This document shows, piece by piece, positions 27,137 through 40,485 of a stretch of 64,000 nt of DNA. Source of the DNA: Camelus dromedarius (lineage: Eukaryota). The notes under the pieces are model-generated. The model ran no database searches, had not been told where the DNA came from, and saw only the letters and a program-made list of their open reading frames with translations. Numbering within the stretch: position 1 is the stretch's first letter; each line of letters starts with the position of its first letter. The DNA lies in contig NC_087436.1 in NCBI RefSeq assembly GCF_036321535.1, positions 63,366,001-63,430,000 of the forward strand, read 5' to 3'. A program made the position numbers and the translations under genes.

Positions 27137-30100
27137 CTATCTCCATTTATTAGGGGCTGCACATTGCTTGCATCTGCTGGAAAAAATGATTCCAAACTAC
27201 AAGGAGCTTGGTTTCAGGATTACTAGACACTTAAAAGTTTTACATAAGCAAGCAGAAATCAAATAGGATATAAGGAAATTGAAAAAGCAGCTTTCTAAAT
27301 TATAAATTTTAATGCTTTATAATTCATTTGTTGTTTAAAAATTACAATCTCTAAAGTAGCTCATGTGCCTTCACCATGTGTGGTCATAGGTAAAATTGTA
27401 ACTAATTTTAGCTCTCAACTATGAAATCAATAAACTGATCTTAAAGATGTTTATGAAAATTAAATCCTCCCTTAAAGACTAGAACTCATACTTACTAAAA
27501 TAATAGAAGCATCTAAAAACTTAATTAATGACCTGGCATTTGAAATTACTCCATGAAGCAGGTACTACCTTATTTTTTCTTTAGCTCTATTGTAATAGTG
27601 GAATTTAACATTACAGTATGGTATTCACATCTGTCAACCTTAATTAATGTTTTTACCACGGTTTCTATGTCATGTTTGTCCATGTTTAATACTTCACTTA
27701 ACTCTTATGCTATTCAAATTTTATTAACACAAACGTAACCCTGTAGCATCAGGCAAAACACTGTAACTTCAGGTCTGCTCCCTACTCATTCCAAGACTGA
27801 CTATGGCACATTTTCCACTATAGTCCAACCTATAAGCATGGAATCTTAGAACAGCACCAAAATCATATTTATTAAACGTACTTAAAGTGTGAAAGTGGTG
27901 TGCAATTAGACATAAAATAAGCATTGCATATATACACTCTTACAGTCTTTTAAATTGAAACAGAAATAAATCTCCAATATTTTGACAACAGAATATTGGA
28001 AAGAATGAAATATTAAATCCATGGTCCCACCATGGAGGCACTATGATTTTGGAATTATTTCTTTCAGGTCAATATTGCTTTATATGATCATACTGCATTG
28101 ACAATTTCATACATTGTTTTATTCCATCAATTTTTCATCTGTGGTATGGTGTGTTTTTTTTCATATATTGCACTTGAGCTAAGATCCAATAAGTATGTTC
28201 AAGTGCTTGCATTAGAAATCAAATCTTTGGCTCTGGTTATAGCAAAGACACAGTTCAGGGTGTTGAAAAAAGTAACCAAAAGAGCATTTGTAAACATATA
28301 TTTATTCTGATTCAACAAGCTTTTTGAGTCTTGAAGTCAATTAAGCAATTAAGTTAATTTAGCAATTAAGCAGGTATGTTAGCTCACAAAAAGGAGAAAG
28401 AGCGGGGAGGCATGTAAGGCACGTACTCTTTTACTGTAGGGACTGATCAGGCCAGTCTCTCTTGAGGCCCTTGGAGAGCTTGTCCCTTCCAGCTGGTGCC
28501 TAATGGCCTCTGTTCACTGATACCCTCAACCTGACCTGCCCAAGGAGTTGCTTAGCCTCTGATATTTTCAGTCCAGTCTGTGAACATTCTCACCACATTC
28601 TGAGGTGATGCAGACCTCTCCTGTAGCTCTCTATTATTCGGTGGTACAGAGAGGCTTTTTATGCTACTGTGGCCCTAGCTGTTATAGACACACCTTACAT
28701 TGTAGTTGTTCAAGGCTACTTCATTTTTCCCAGTGTATTTACACCTGTAGTATATAAGGGTATGTTAAAAAAAAATCACTTGTTTATAAGTTATGTTGTA
28801 TTTGCTTACAACATAAGGGCAGTTTATATCTTAAGAATACATCAGGCCATTATTTTGGGGTTAAACTAACAAGTGGGTGAATAGCTTTATTTACTTTACA
28901 TTGTTTATTTTTCTGGATGATGCACCATAGTGAACAGTTCAGGAAAAGACTCCTTTATATAACTTATAACTTATCCATATTATTAAATAACATCATCTTT
29001 GATTATATTTTAAACATACATCTACTAGTGAATAAAGTTATCTGTATGATTTTTTTAAGAAACAAGACATATGGAAAATATCTATGACATTTTTTAATTT
29101 GTTCCAAACAGTGGTGTAATTTATTTAAAAATACCTGTGATTCTGACAAATATTTGATTGTCACTTGTATTTTTAGAGCTGCAGTAGACTTTAGTGGTAT
29201 TTTTCCTATGTAAATATTTTTCTGAATCTTTGGAAAAGAACTTTAGAAGTGTTTTTACTCTTTTTCACCTGTATACTGTACATATTGTAACCCAATAATT
29301 GAATAAATAATACAGATATGTGCAACTGAACCAGATTTTTAAATAGTAGCGAAAATAATTCAGTGAATTGACTTTTGTCACAGGATATGGAAAAAGGAGA
29401 CTTACTGTGAAAAATTAGAAACGATGAAATTAATGACTAAAATCACCTAGCCCCTCAAATTCATTTTATGAAATTTATCATTAATATGTTCTATCCTGGA
29501 AAATAAAAATAGTGATTAAAACCATAAAATGTATACTTCTCATATATCAGAATACCCTAATCTTTTCCTATGGTGGATATGTTTCTCAGAATCTTAACTA
29601 AAATATTCTCATGAGGTCTGAATGGAAAGCAATCTCTTAAATGAGTTTTCCTACTCTGACTACAAGAAACAATTGATAGGAAAACATGTTGAGCTGTTCA
29701 TTCATTTGTTCTTTTTTAATTTAAAAAATATGTGCTAAGTCATTATTATTTGTTCAATACTACTTTATCCACCAGGAATTTAAATAAAAGTGGATGCTGC
29801 AAAGATCCTAATTGTTTTCTAAAATCTTATCAACTAGAAGCTAAAAAGAGAAGTCAATTAAAAATTAAAGCAGTATTCCTGTCTTAAAATTTTAAAGATT
29901 TGATTTAAACTTGATGCACTGTTCCTTTTTGGACCCAAGAAATTCTTGATCTCTCAGATTCCTCTCCCACAGCCCTCTGAAAAAAAAATATCTCTTTTTC
30001 ATAAAACCATCTTCAGAGGCAGCATAGAGAGAAAGGAACAAATTAATCCTAGTGTTGTCCTGAGGCAGAGGTCTGTCTCTACCACTGAGCTAAGAAGTAG

Positions 30101-30419
30101 AAGGGATAGCAGAGTTCCAAGGCCAGATCTGAATCATGTGTCTTGCCCTGTAATAGGGTATAGGACACCTCACATGAACTGTCAGCAATGAAATGTCAGT
30201 AAAATGGATGACTCCCAAAAGGAAAGGATTCTGTACCAGAAGTGGTGCTATGCAGGCTAACACAACAGATGTCCACTGTGCAGACATTCGGCAAGTAATT
30301 ATGAGAGGGATGCGTGTTATTAAATTGCATTTAAGGCTTCATTACTAAGGGAATTAAGTGGCTTGTAGACGTTTTTCTGATGTGTAGAACCACCAGGAAT
30401 CTGCCAAAGAACAGAGAGA

Positions 30420-31025
30420 TGAGAGCAGGTCAAAGGAGGTATTTCAGACAGAATGAATAACAAATAAAAGAAATAAATTTGAAATATTGTGGAATATTTA
30501 ATAAATTGAGAAAGTTTCAGAATGTCTGCAATCTAGGGATGAAGAGAGAGATCAGTGGAATGGGAGGGCGGAGGTACAGAGAGAAAAAGAGGAGGCAGAC
30601 TATAGGCCATGGTAGGAATTTTAAACTTGATCTTAAAAGCAATGGGAAACCACTTAAAGATGGGATAACGTGTTCTGATCATGTTTAAAAACTATAGGTT
30701 TGCTGTTGTGTATAAAATGGAAAGGGGTGGGCTAAGTCTTGTGGAAGAGGGACCATTTAGTAGGCTGACACAATATTTTAGACAGTAGTTGATGAAGAAT
30801 TGGGGTAGGATGATAAAGGAAAAGAGGGAGAAGCGACCAAGTCCAAGAACTATTTAGTGGGCAGAAATGATAGAACTTGGGGCAGAATAAAAGAAAGAAA
30901 GAATTCATTCATGTAACACATATTTATTAAACTACTGCAAGATTGCTGGCTTTTGTGATACAAGAGTGAATAAAATAAACAAAAATCCTAGCCATCATCA
31001 ATTATACATTCTAATGGAAAGAGAA
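30420..31025 (-). mobile_element. L2 fragments
   Basis: L2 motifs ggccatggtaggaattttaaacttgatcttaaaagcaatgggaaacc and attcattcatgtaacacatatttattaa. Confidence 0.65.
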
Positions 31026-33755
31026 TGCTCAGTGTTCAAGTTGCAAATCCTTGGATTCAGTCTAAGATGAATTGAGAACTTATATTGCAAGACAAAGGCC
31101 AAATCTAAATTTGTCACAGGTTTGATTTATCATCATTGAAAGTCCCTAGTACCCAAGATAAATTGGTAAATTGTAGTGAAGCAGCTCCTGAAGGAAAATA
31201 TTCCAAACAGTTATTTTATATGTAGACAGTAGACTAAAGGACTCCTACTGAAAGGAGAGTCTTGGTCAGCCAAACAGACGACGTGGCTGCCTGAGAACAT
31301 ACTCCTCTTCCAAGACAGGAATCTTTGCTCTCCTTGCCCGGAAAGACCACTGTGATTCTTTCTTCCTGTACCATATTCCAGATTGCAACTTTTATTGCCA
31401 TTCTTCTGTACTATTGTGTTTTGGATGTGTGAGAGTTTACAAAATTTATCACTTCTCCACAGATTACTGGACTGTGATGAGCTCCATCGGGACCCAAATA
31501 AAAGGGATGTTAATCACCCTGGATGTGCAACTGGGCAGGCTGTGTATTATCTTCCTTTGGGGACAGAATGAGTGAGTTTTCAATTGTATATAGAATAGTT
31601 GTATTATGTTAAGAGAAAACATTTTTTAAGTGAAGTGTACAGGAAGAAAAGTTCTGGGCACCCAACAAAGTGGTAGAATACAGGTGGTTTACTGTGCTTT
31701 TGCCTATACCATGTTTATACTCCTGCTAACAGACATTCTCTCTTCCTTTCAAAAACTATCCCTCACCTGTTCTCTGCCCATGTGATCTGTATAGGATTGA
31801 TGCCAACTCCAGGGCTCAGATTCGGGCTAACAGTCTGAACCTGGGCATTCAGAGCACTTTCTTCCTAGGCCATAGTCATAAAAGGGAAGAAGTAGCTGAA
31901 AGAGGAAAAGGAAAGATTCTTGACCACATTGTTTGAACTCACAGAAATAATGGCAAATCATCTGTAATATTAGCTGTTTCAATAAGTATAAAGTCTATCT
32001 GTCTTAACTACTGATTATTCTGTATATTGATTATTCACATGCAATGGGAAAGTACCTGATAGACAATAGGAAGATAATTATTTGTTTAATTGAATCAAAT
32101 CAAATTTAATTGAATATTTTAAATTGTTCCTGGATTGTGAAAGTATAATTCTCAGATGAAAGGAGAAAAGAGTAAATTGTATCACATAATGAAATGTATG
32201 CTAGGTAACTCTGAATTATTGGTCTTCCTTCCATTGGGCCCTTCACCTTAAATCTTACCTCTTGTTTCTTTTTCATGTTCTCAGCTCAAAATTCTAGCTA
32301 GGATACAAGAGAGAATGGCTCTACCTGTCAGGTCTACTCCTTCGTTTATAGTATTTTTATTATATTAGAGTTTTTCCATGACATATTCCTTAATCTTACT
32401 TTCAGTCTATTAGTGAGATATGCTGCATTGTCTCTTCCTTATCTATAGGCAAAAGGTTTTGTTGACCAGGTATTTGAGAAAGGGAACACAGGAAAAGTAA
32501 AACGTTATGGGTAGGAATATGAGTTTTATATGCATTGGGATGACATATTGTGTGATATCTGGGTAAAGATATCTCGTATCTTCTGTCTGCAGATTAGAAG
32601 AAAATTTGAGTTGGAAAAACACATTTCAGGGTTGTGTTATAGACGGTAAGTAACTGTAGACAAGCAAGTAGATGAGCCTGTTCAAGGAGTGTAGCTAGTC
32701 TAAGAAATGAAGAATGGAACCAGGTGCCAACTAATATTTAAATGGTACAAAACCCACAAAGAATAAATGTAAGAGAAGACAACAAGAGGGAAAATATTTT
32801 ATGAAGTGGGTTTAATGTAATGTGAAGATGATTCAAGTAAGACTCATTAAGTTGTTTGTTACCCAGTATTTATTAAACTATTACTATGTGCCTGACATTG
32901 TGCTAGGTACTGAAGAAGCAGGACTGAATGAAACAGAAAAAGACTCTGTTTTTCTAGAGCTTATATTTGTCCATTCCCCTGCCCTCTACACACAACTACC
33001 ACCAGGGTGGATAGGCAAGGTGGGTCATGTATGGATCAAGAAGAGTTGTCCCATTCATGCAAATAACATCCATCCCTAGTTCAGCCTAATTTAAGAGTGA
33101 ACAAAAAGAGCATAGCATCACCACATTGATCAAAGGTAATGAAATAAAATTCATATTTAAAAATAAGACAAGAAAAATGTAAACCAAAATTTTCCTCTGC
33201 CCATTGCCCAACCCCAGTGTGCACTGTGCATCTGCACTATGCATTAACTAGAATTCCCCTATGGCAGAAATATCTGCTCAATTATAAAGATGATCAATTT
33301 TTCTTCTTTTAACACCAGCCAGGTAACTCCTTAGAAGAATACTTACCTATGACCATGTTAATGTTACTAGGTATATTGAACTCTGCCTCTTTTATAAGAA
33401 TACTGTTCCTTGCATTACCAAGTGTGTGACGGAGCCTCTGATAAGTAGTGATGACTAGGTGACTTGAAATGATTAAATAAACAGTTCTGTAAGGGTAATT
33501 ATTGTAATAGTGTAACTCTAGATATGGGAAGAAATAAGAGGGAATCATTTTCTACACCATGACAGTCTAGAAAGACAGATGGTCCAGAGGCTTTTGGCTG
33601 TTGTTAATGGGACCTAGTCCAGCAATAGCACATTGAGTGCCCTATCGACAAAATCCTCACCTGACCTAAGAATGACCATTCCTAGCATCGTGGGACAAAT
33701 TGGTTACAAAATGTCTCCCAAAATTTGGTTGAGATTAAGACTAAAAGGAGGGAAC

Positions 33756-34222
33756 TGTAAAATAAAGAATGTTGCCCACCATCTAGTTCTAAGAATCAAG
33801 TCATTATCCACTGTAGTCACTGACTTACAGTATATCTTGAAAGGAATTTCAGGGTAAAAATCAGAATGATTCATTTTGTGCTCTGGGAAAACTGGCAGAA
33901 CTGGCCCTAGGGTAGTTAGATATTTCAGAAGAAAACTTAATGAACCCAGTTTCTTGCATCTTCTCATACTTAGAAAAGCACCAAATACTTTAAGTTATAT
34001 CTGTTCCTTGCAAATAGTAGAAACTTTTACCAAGATGTGTGCTTGTCTGCATGTACCCCTTAACCAAAATCACATATATGCTGGCCTCGCCTCCTTACCT
34101 CTTCAGAACAGTCCTCAGAGCTGTCTGAAAAACTGTCTCCCGAGTTATAACCCTCAGGTTGTCACGAAAAAAAAATGCCATTTCTTTCTTAGACTGACTA
34201 TTGATTAATTGTTTCATCAACA
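33756..34222 (+). mobile_element. ERV1-class LTR preceded by a polypurine tract (probable 3' LTR)
   Basis: TG (33756)...CA (34222) ends and an LTR-like R/U5 region (gaacagtcctcagagctgtctgaaaaactgtctccc). The purine run aaaaggagggaa lies at 33743-33754. Confidence 0.7.
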
Positions 34223-34593
34223 GGGGCAAGAGAAGAGATTAACTGCAAAGGCCTATTGGGTTGAAATAGCTTTAAAGGGCACAAAACAGACAGAGGCAGC
34301 CAATCCTGAAGGAGTGCCTGACACACAGCAAGAAACCTGCAGAGGAGGTGGTGTGATTACTCCAGGTATTGATGTCAAGGGAGTCACAGAGTAAACAATA
34401 CTTATCACTACCACCAGTGACCTCAAATCCTATAGATGAGGGTGGCATTATGCTCAGAGTACCCATAAGTGACAGCTGAATGTGGGCTCACATCAACTGA
34501 AGCTCAAGGATTGACAGTGGCTATAGGTAACCCAGAGCCCTTAACTTAAAACCTGTGTCCTATGTAAATAAGAGTCATCAAGAATCAGTTTAC

Positions 34594-35147
34594 CACTATT
34601 TACAATAGACAAGACATGGAAGCAACCTAAATGTCCACTGACAGATGACTAGATAAAGAAGTATGTGTGTGCGTATATATATATATATATATATATACGC
34701 ACACACATATATATATATAGTGGAACACTATTTAGCCATAAAAAAAGAATGAAATAATGCCATTTTGCCATTTGCAGCAAAATGGATGAACCTAGAGATT
34801 ATCATACTAAGTGAAATAAGTCAGACAGAAAAAAGCAAATATGTTATCACGTATATGTGGAATCTAAAATATGACACAAATTAATCTATGTACAAAACAG
34901 AAACAGACTCACAGACATAGAAAACAAACTTATGGTTACCAAAGGGGAAGGGAGATAAGAAGGGGATAAATTAGGAGTTTTGGATATGAAGATGCAAACT
35001 ACTACATATAAAATAAACAAAATTGTCCTACTGTATAGCCCAGGGAACTATGCTCAATATCCTGTAATAAAACATAATGGAAAATAATATGAAACATAAC
35101 ATATATGCATATGTGTTTAACTGAATCACTGTGCTGTACACCAGAAA
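34594..35147 (+). mobile_element. L1 3' fragment with an internal (TA)n run and no terminal poly(A)
   Basis: caagacatggaagcaacctaaatgtcc...tgtatagcccagggaac...gctgtacaccagaaa, followed by unrelated sequence. Confidence 0.88.
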
Positions 35148-35901
35148 GGAGGAACCGCTCAGGCTGAGTGTAGTAGTCAAGGAAGAATTCCGAGAAAATA
35201 AGGGTTACTGTAGCTATGACTTGAAGGGCAAATAAGGACTGTTGGGTGTTAAGGCAAGCTAGAAAGGAGATTCTAGATAAAAGACCAGCTGGTGCATTGG
35301 CACTGATTGTGTGAGAAAACATGGCACATGCTAAGATGTTTTATTATGACTCAAGTCAGTAGATTAGGTATCAGGAAATGACAAGAAATAAGAATGGATA
35401 TTCAAGTAGGACCTAGATAGTGCTTGAATATTGCCCTGAAAGCTATCAGCTATCTGACTAGTATAAACAATGGACCTGTATCAAATATATGCATTTTTAA
35501 AACCACTCTGACAGTACTGTCAAGGAAAAATGCCACAAGTACAAGCTTGGATGCAACGTAACTTGTTAGGAATAAACTGAGACTGGGTGAGGTTAGCTGG
35601 CTCTCCCAATGTCACTAATGTAGGCTTATGTTCTAGGTTTTTCTGACTCCAAACCTTGTGCCTTTATCAACCCTGCTATATGGGCCAAGATGTTCACCAA
35701 GAAGTAAATGTCATTCCTCTGTCATGTATTCCATGCCTTCCTCTCTAGTCTCATCTTCTACCACTTTATACTTCATCATGTTTACTCCAGTAAGACTGAA
35801 CTGTTAGTTCACCCAAACACCCAGACATGTCATACTTCTGGAGCTTTGTTCATATTTCACCCCATTTATATCTGCAAGTGGTGCTTGCATTCTGCACAAT
35901 C

Positions 35902-36254
35902 TGTAGAGAACCCCACTGGAATTTTGTTCTGGATGCCAAGACTGATGATGTCACACACAAAGGGTAATGAGGCTCTCTGAGGAGAGCAGATTAGTCCTTC
36001 CAAGCTTGTCCAAAACCGACTTGAGAGAGCAGGGAAAGGAGATGGACTTGGGGTTTTTATGGTGGTTAAGGGATGGGATTCCTGCATGCTGGCAAGGGCT
36101 TATATGATTAGAAACTCCCACTGATGCTAAATGAAAAATCACCTGCATTTTCTTATCAGTTTGCCCACACGTGGAGCAGAGGGGAGGAAGGGGTGTGAGG
36201 CTTAAAGCTGCCAGCAGTCAAACGCCGAAAGATTGAGTCAGACTTTGTATTACA
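35902..36254 (-). mobile_element. Old ERV solo LTR (family uncertain), internally deleted
   Basis: TG...CA ends, with gagagagcagggaaaggaga and cagcagtcaaac...gagtcagactttgtattaca. Confidence 0.6.
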
Positions 36255-36329
36255 ATTCACCCATGATGCTGCTGACATACATACACATGATTATCACACA
36301 AACAGTCATGACTTCTATAATAAAGTTTA

Positions 36330-36545
36330 CCCAATTACTCTGTGTTTTTTTTTCCTCCATAGCTATTAGCACTACTCGCCAAACTTTATCTCCTTATTGC
36401 TTATAGTCTGCCTTTCATGCTAGAATGTAAGTTCCATGATATCAAATTCCTGGTTTATTTTGTTCACTACTGTATCTCAAGCCTGTAAATAGTAACTGAC
36501 TTAAAGTAGGTGCTCAGTAAACACTTTTAAAGTAAGTTAATCAAA
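36330..36545 (+). mobile_element. L2 3' end
   Basis: ctagaatgtaagttccatga...ttttgttcactactgtatctc...gtaggtgctcagtaaa. Confidence 0.75.
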
Positions 36546-39500
36546 TTTGAGAGGAAAGTGTATTGCAGTGAAAGATATTTGGAAAGAAATATTAAGGAGG
36601 TAGGATTTGAGCTGAATTGTAAAGTAAGAATGTGATTTCAAAACACTGATGAGAAAGGATATCTAAAGCAGGGAAATGAAGCAACATAGAAAGGAGTAGT
36701 TTGACTTAATCTTGTACTTTGGCAATTCTTTCACTCTACTTTGCCTCCAATTTTTCCACATTAACTTGTCACTTAGTATTTACTTAGGGTTGTCTCACCT
36801 GTCTACTGAAGCAAAAAAGAGTTTCAGTAAAAATGGTTTTGACAGTGATTGAGTAAATGCTCTTTGATGATCTTGTTTTGTCTGTGGCATTAGGTATGGC
36901 TCATTGGTGGTATTAATGGAGGAGTTTAAAATAACTGAAATGATATATGAACTCAATGTCTCCAACAAACTATACTTGAAGTATCAGAACAACATACTAA
37001 GTAGTTTTTATTAAACTATGAGTACAAAGACTGAAATTCAGGAAATAAATTGAATCTGCATTGTTATTAATGGAATTATGAAATATGCATATAAACAGAG
37101 TAGGCATTGCATTAAGAATAAGCAAAGCACTTATTGTAGTGATCTCATAGCACCTGTCTTAAGTATGTAATAGCTTCCTGTCCAACTACACTGTTTCTAA
37201 TATCCCCCATTCCACTTCATTGTACACATTATTACAAGATTAATTTTCTTGAAGCAAATCTGAGATCTGGCTCCTCCTTTCACTCATTTATTCATTCAGC
37301 AAATACATACTGATCACCTATAACATAAAGGCAATATTTAGATTCTATAATATACACAGATATCAGTCTCATAAATTTTTTTCAGTCTCATAAATTCCAA
37401 AACCATCAGTAGTTCTCTAACACACAGGACAACATTTTACAAGGAATTTATGTTAATATGAAAAGACATGATGGTTAAGCTATGTGAAAATGTTGGGATT
37501 CAGTAAATTTTCAATTTATCTTGTGTCTTTCTATCTTTACGGATGGATATAGTATTTAATATATTCCAAAATGTTTGTTTAAAAATGTGTGTGCATATGC
37601 ATATGTGTGTATGTGAAGCAGCTTTGGTTGCGATGGGAGAGGTAACATTTTGTAGAAATGCTTCTTTATGTTGTGCCTCACATAGTTTCACAAATGTTCT
37701 ATAAATGGCTTTGCACAAAGAAATTTCTATTGACACTGTTGAAGGATAAAATAATATATTGATTAGTGTAAAGTAGTGAAAAATTAGATCTCAGATATTT
37801 TAAAGTGGCACCATGGAGATTTTGGTACACTAATTACAAAATAACTCCCAGGAAATAATGAAGATTCTATTTCTCATTCTAGGATTCAAATCATTGACAA
37901 GTTTACCCTTAAACTCCAGTGCCTGACACACACAACATGAACAAAAACAATTAACATAACATTTTGAAAATTCTAACTGTATTTTTAGTGTGCCAAAAGA
38001 GCCATCCAGTTTATTCATTCATATGCATGAAGTATTCAGCACTAATGGATGAATATCAATATATGAAAAGGTGCCTGGATTTTCTGTCCATAGCCCACAA
38101 AATATCATTTCAAAGAACAGACTTCATTTTTGAAAGGGAAAAAATGACAAAGAATAGAGAATGGTTACACAATGAAATTATTTAAAACTTCATTTCAAAG
38201 TAAGATCATTAGAGAAGGGCAATTTGCTATAGGTAGAAATTATGTTTTGTTAATAACCTGGGGCAGTAAGGACTGAAATCACATTCTTAAATACATCAAT
38301 CAAATTTTCATTATTCCCCCACAAAGACAGTGTTTTCTTTAGTTGTTATTAATGTTCAACTCAAGAGCAAATTGCAATGGAAATTCTGTTGAGGTAGACA
38401 GAGGTCTCCTGCAGCTGTATATTACTGTTAAAAACAAACTGATCACACACTTTGAAAACTGCAGATACTCAAAGAAGCATTGTTCAGTAAAAGACAAATG
38501 AGAGAAAATAATCTAGACCATTAAACCAAATTTAATAAAAGCAAACTTTTGATTCATTAAAAATTACATAGCATTTAGATATCTCTTTAACAACACTGCT
38601 TATTAGAAAAATACTCAATTAGATTCTACAGATTCTTTTAAGTGACCTGGATAAATTCAATAAAGCAAAATGTCTTGGATCTATCTGAGTACATGAAAAC
38701 TTTTCTTCAGTCGTTTGAGAAATGTGGAGCGTGTACTTCACTATTTAGTATAATGGCAGGTATATTATTTCAACCAACATAGTCACAAAGAAAGAGGTAA
38801 GTCAAGGACAAAGTGAGTTCATATCAAGTTAAGACTGACACTTCTTGGATAAAAAACTATTTTTATATTTTCAATTTCTCTCCATAAAGCCAAAATCATC
38901 AAGAAGAAGTATTGTATTTACTGGTGTACATGTGGGTCTGAAATTAAAATAATGACTAAGATGATAATGATAACAATAATGATAGTAAAAACAGGACAGA
39001 AAGCAAAATCCAATACTTGTCTGAAATGGAAAATTGCCCTGCAGGTGTCAGTATTGACAAAAATCGTACATTTAAACATTTTTATAAGCATCATAATGCC
39101 ATTTATAATAGGAAGCATAAAAATGAGCACACACAAGTTGCAGAGTTAACCTGTCTTGGCTCCAGTGAGCCCAAAGGTCTGGCCCCAGAAATCCCATCAG
39201 TACAATCACAGCACAGTGCTATTACAGAATGAGGCACATGCACATAGAGAAAGTTATGAGTTAATACTTACATTGGAATCAAAAGGAACTATGCAAAGAT
39301 CCTCACAAGTGCTACATACTAGTCTGGGACCTTGAAAACCTTTTTTAAGCCTTCCAAGTTTTAACGCTTCTTGTTGAATCATGAAGATAACGTAAGCCAC
39401 ATATACAGCTCTTGACAAAATGACAAATACTTAATATATTAAAAACACTTCACAGAATTACTAATATAATCATTTTTCCTTCTCCTTCCTGTCCTTTGTT

Positions 39501-39864
39501 TTGCTTCCTTTTGTTCTTTCTAAATTTTTTCTCTTGTTTTATTAATAAACGTGTTCCAAAAATTTAGGTTAATATGGGCATTTCCCAGCTATCATCCATA
39601 TAATTTTCTGAGATTTTTCCAAAGAACACTCTCTTTCCTTTAGTATTCTTCTCATCACTATTATTTAGTCTGTTACATATACCTAATAAGAGTTTGGACA
39701 AAAATAACCTTTTTTAAACACTTCAAGAAATTTGGAAAACAACTCAGCCTTCTACATTGCTTGTTTCACAAGGACAATGTTTGCAATGTTATCCTAAGAC
39801 AGCCTGGAAACCTGGCTCTGTACGGGTTAAGTCCTGTCATGAATAAGTCCTGTGACAGAACATG

Positions 39865-40424
39865 TGTTACCTACCCTTTGAAGTCCGGCCCCGAGGGTCC
39901 TCCTGCCCGGTGTCCTTCCAGCCAACAGAACAAGACCGAGTTCGGCTCAGAAGCAAAGGAAAGTTTTATACTTTGATTAGAGAACAGAGAGCGGCGAGCT
40001 CTCACTCTAGAACCCAGGCTCTCCGGCTCTCCCGAAAGGCGAAAGGCGAGAGGCGTGGGTGTGGTTGCTTCACAGGGGTCTGTCGGCGGTGGGAGGGGAT
40101 GGCGTGCCCCAGGGCTGCGCAGGCGCACCTGTGCTGCTCAGGCTCTAATCACAGCGCTGGGCACAGATCTCCGCAGGCGGCCGTCGGCCACCATCTTGAA
40201 CCCAGGTGTGGCGCGTGATGCTTCTGCGCAGAGGCTTCTGCGCCGGCCGGAGCTAAAATGTCGGGTGCAGCAGTTTGGCGCTAGGAACTCTGGTGTGAAG
40301 GGCCGGTGAAAAGACCTTTGCATGCAACACCCTGTGAGCAAGTGAAACTGGACTAAGCACCAAAGAAGAGGTTAGCATTTCATCTTATGTCTCCTGAGGA
40401 CCTTAGTGAGCTTTGCCAGTGACA
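39865..40424 (-). mobile_element. CpG-rich ERV1-class solo LTR
   Basis: Imperfect inverted termini tgttac...gtgaca and 4-bp flanks catg/cctg (3 of 4 match). An abrupt GC/CpG-rich block in AT-rich DNA. Orientation inferred from minus-strand agtataaaa near 39963-39971. Confidence 0.75.
40116..40127. promoter_or_regulatory. Consensus NRF1 site TGCGCAGGCGCA inside the CpG-rich LTR
   Basis: Exact match to TGCGCANGCGCA. Binding is untested. Confidence 0.5.
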
Positions 40425-40485
40425 CCTGTGGAAATTCTGATGCTGTGAGAAAATTCAGATTTTGTGAGAAAAACGAAGGCGAAGT

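Noticed and set aside
38711..38796. Plus-strand pseudo-exon (ttcag| ... gag|gtaagt)
   Set aside because: Short pyrimidine tract, a stop in the most promising frame, and no partner exons found.
39761..40341. Cluster of overlapping ORFs in GC-rich DNA
   Set aside because: Stops are scarce because the LTR is GC-rich. No recognisable protein.
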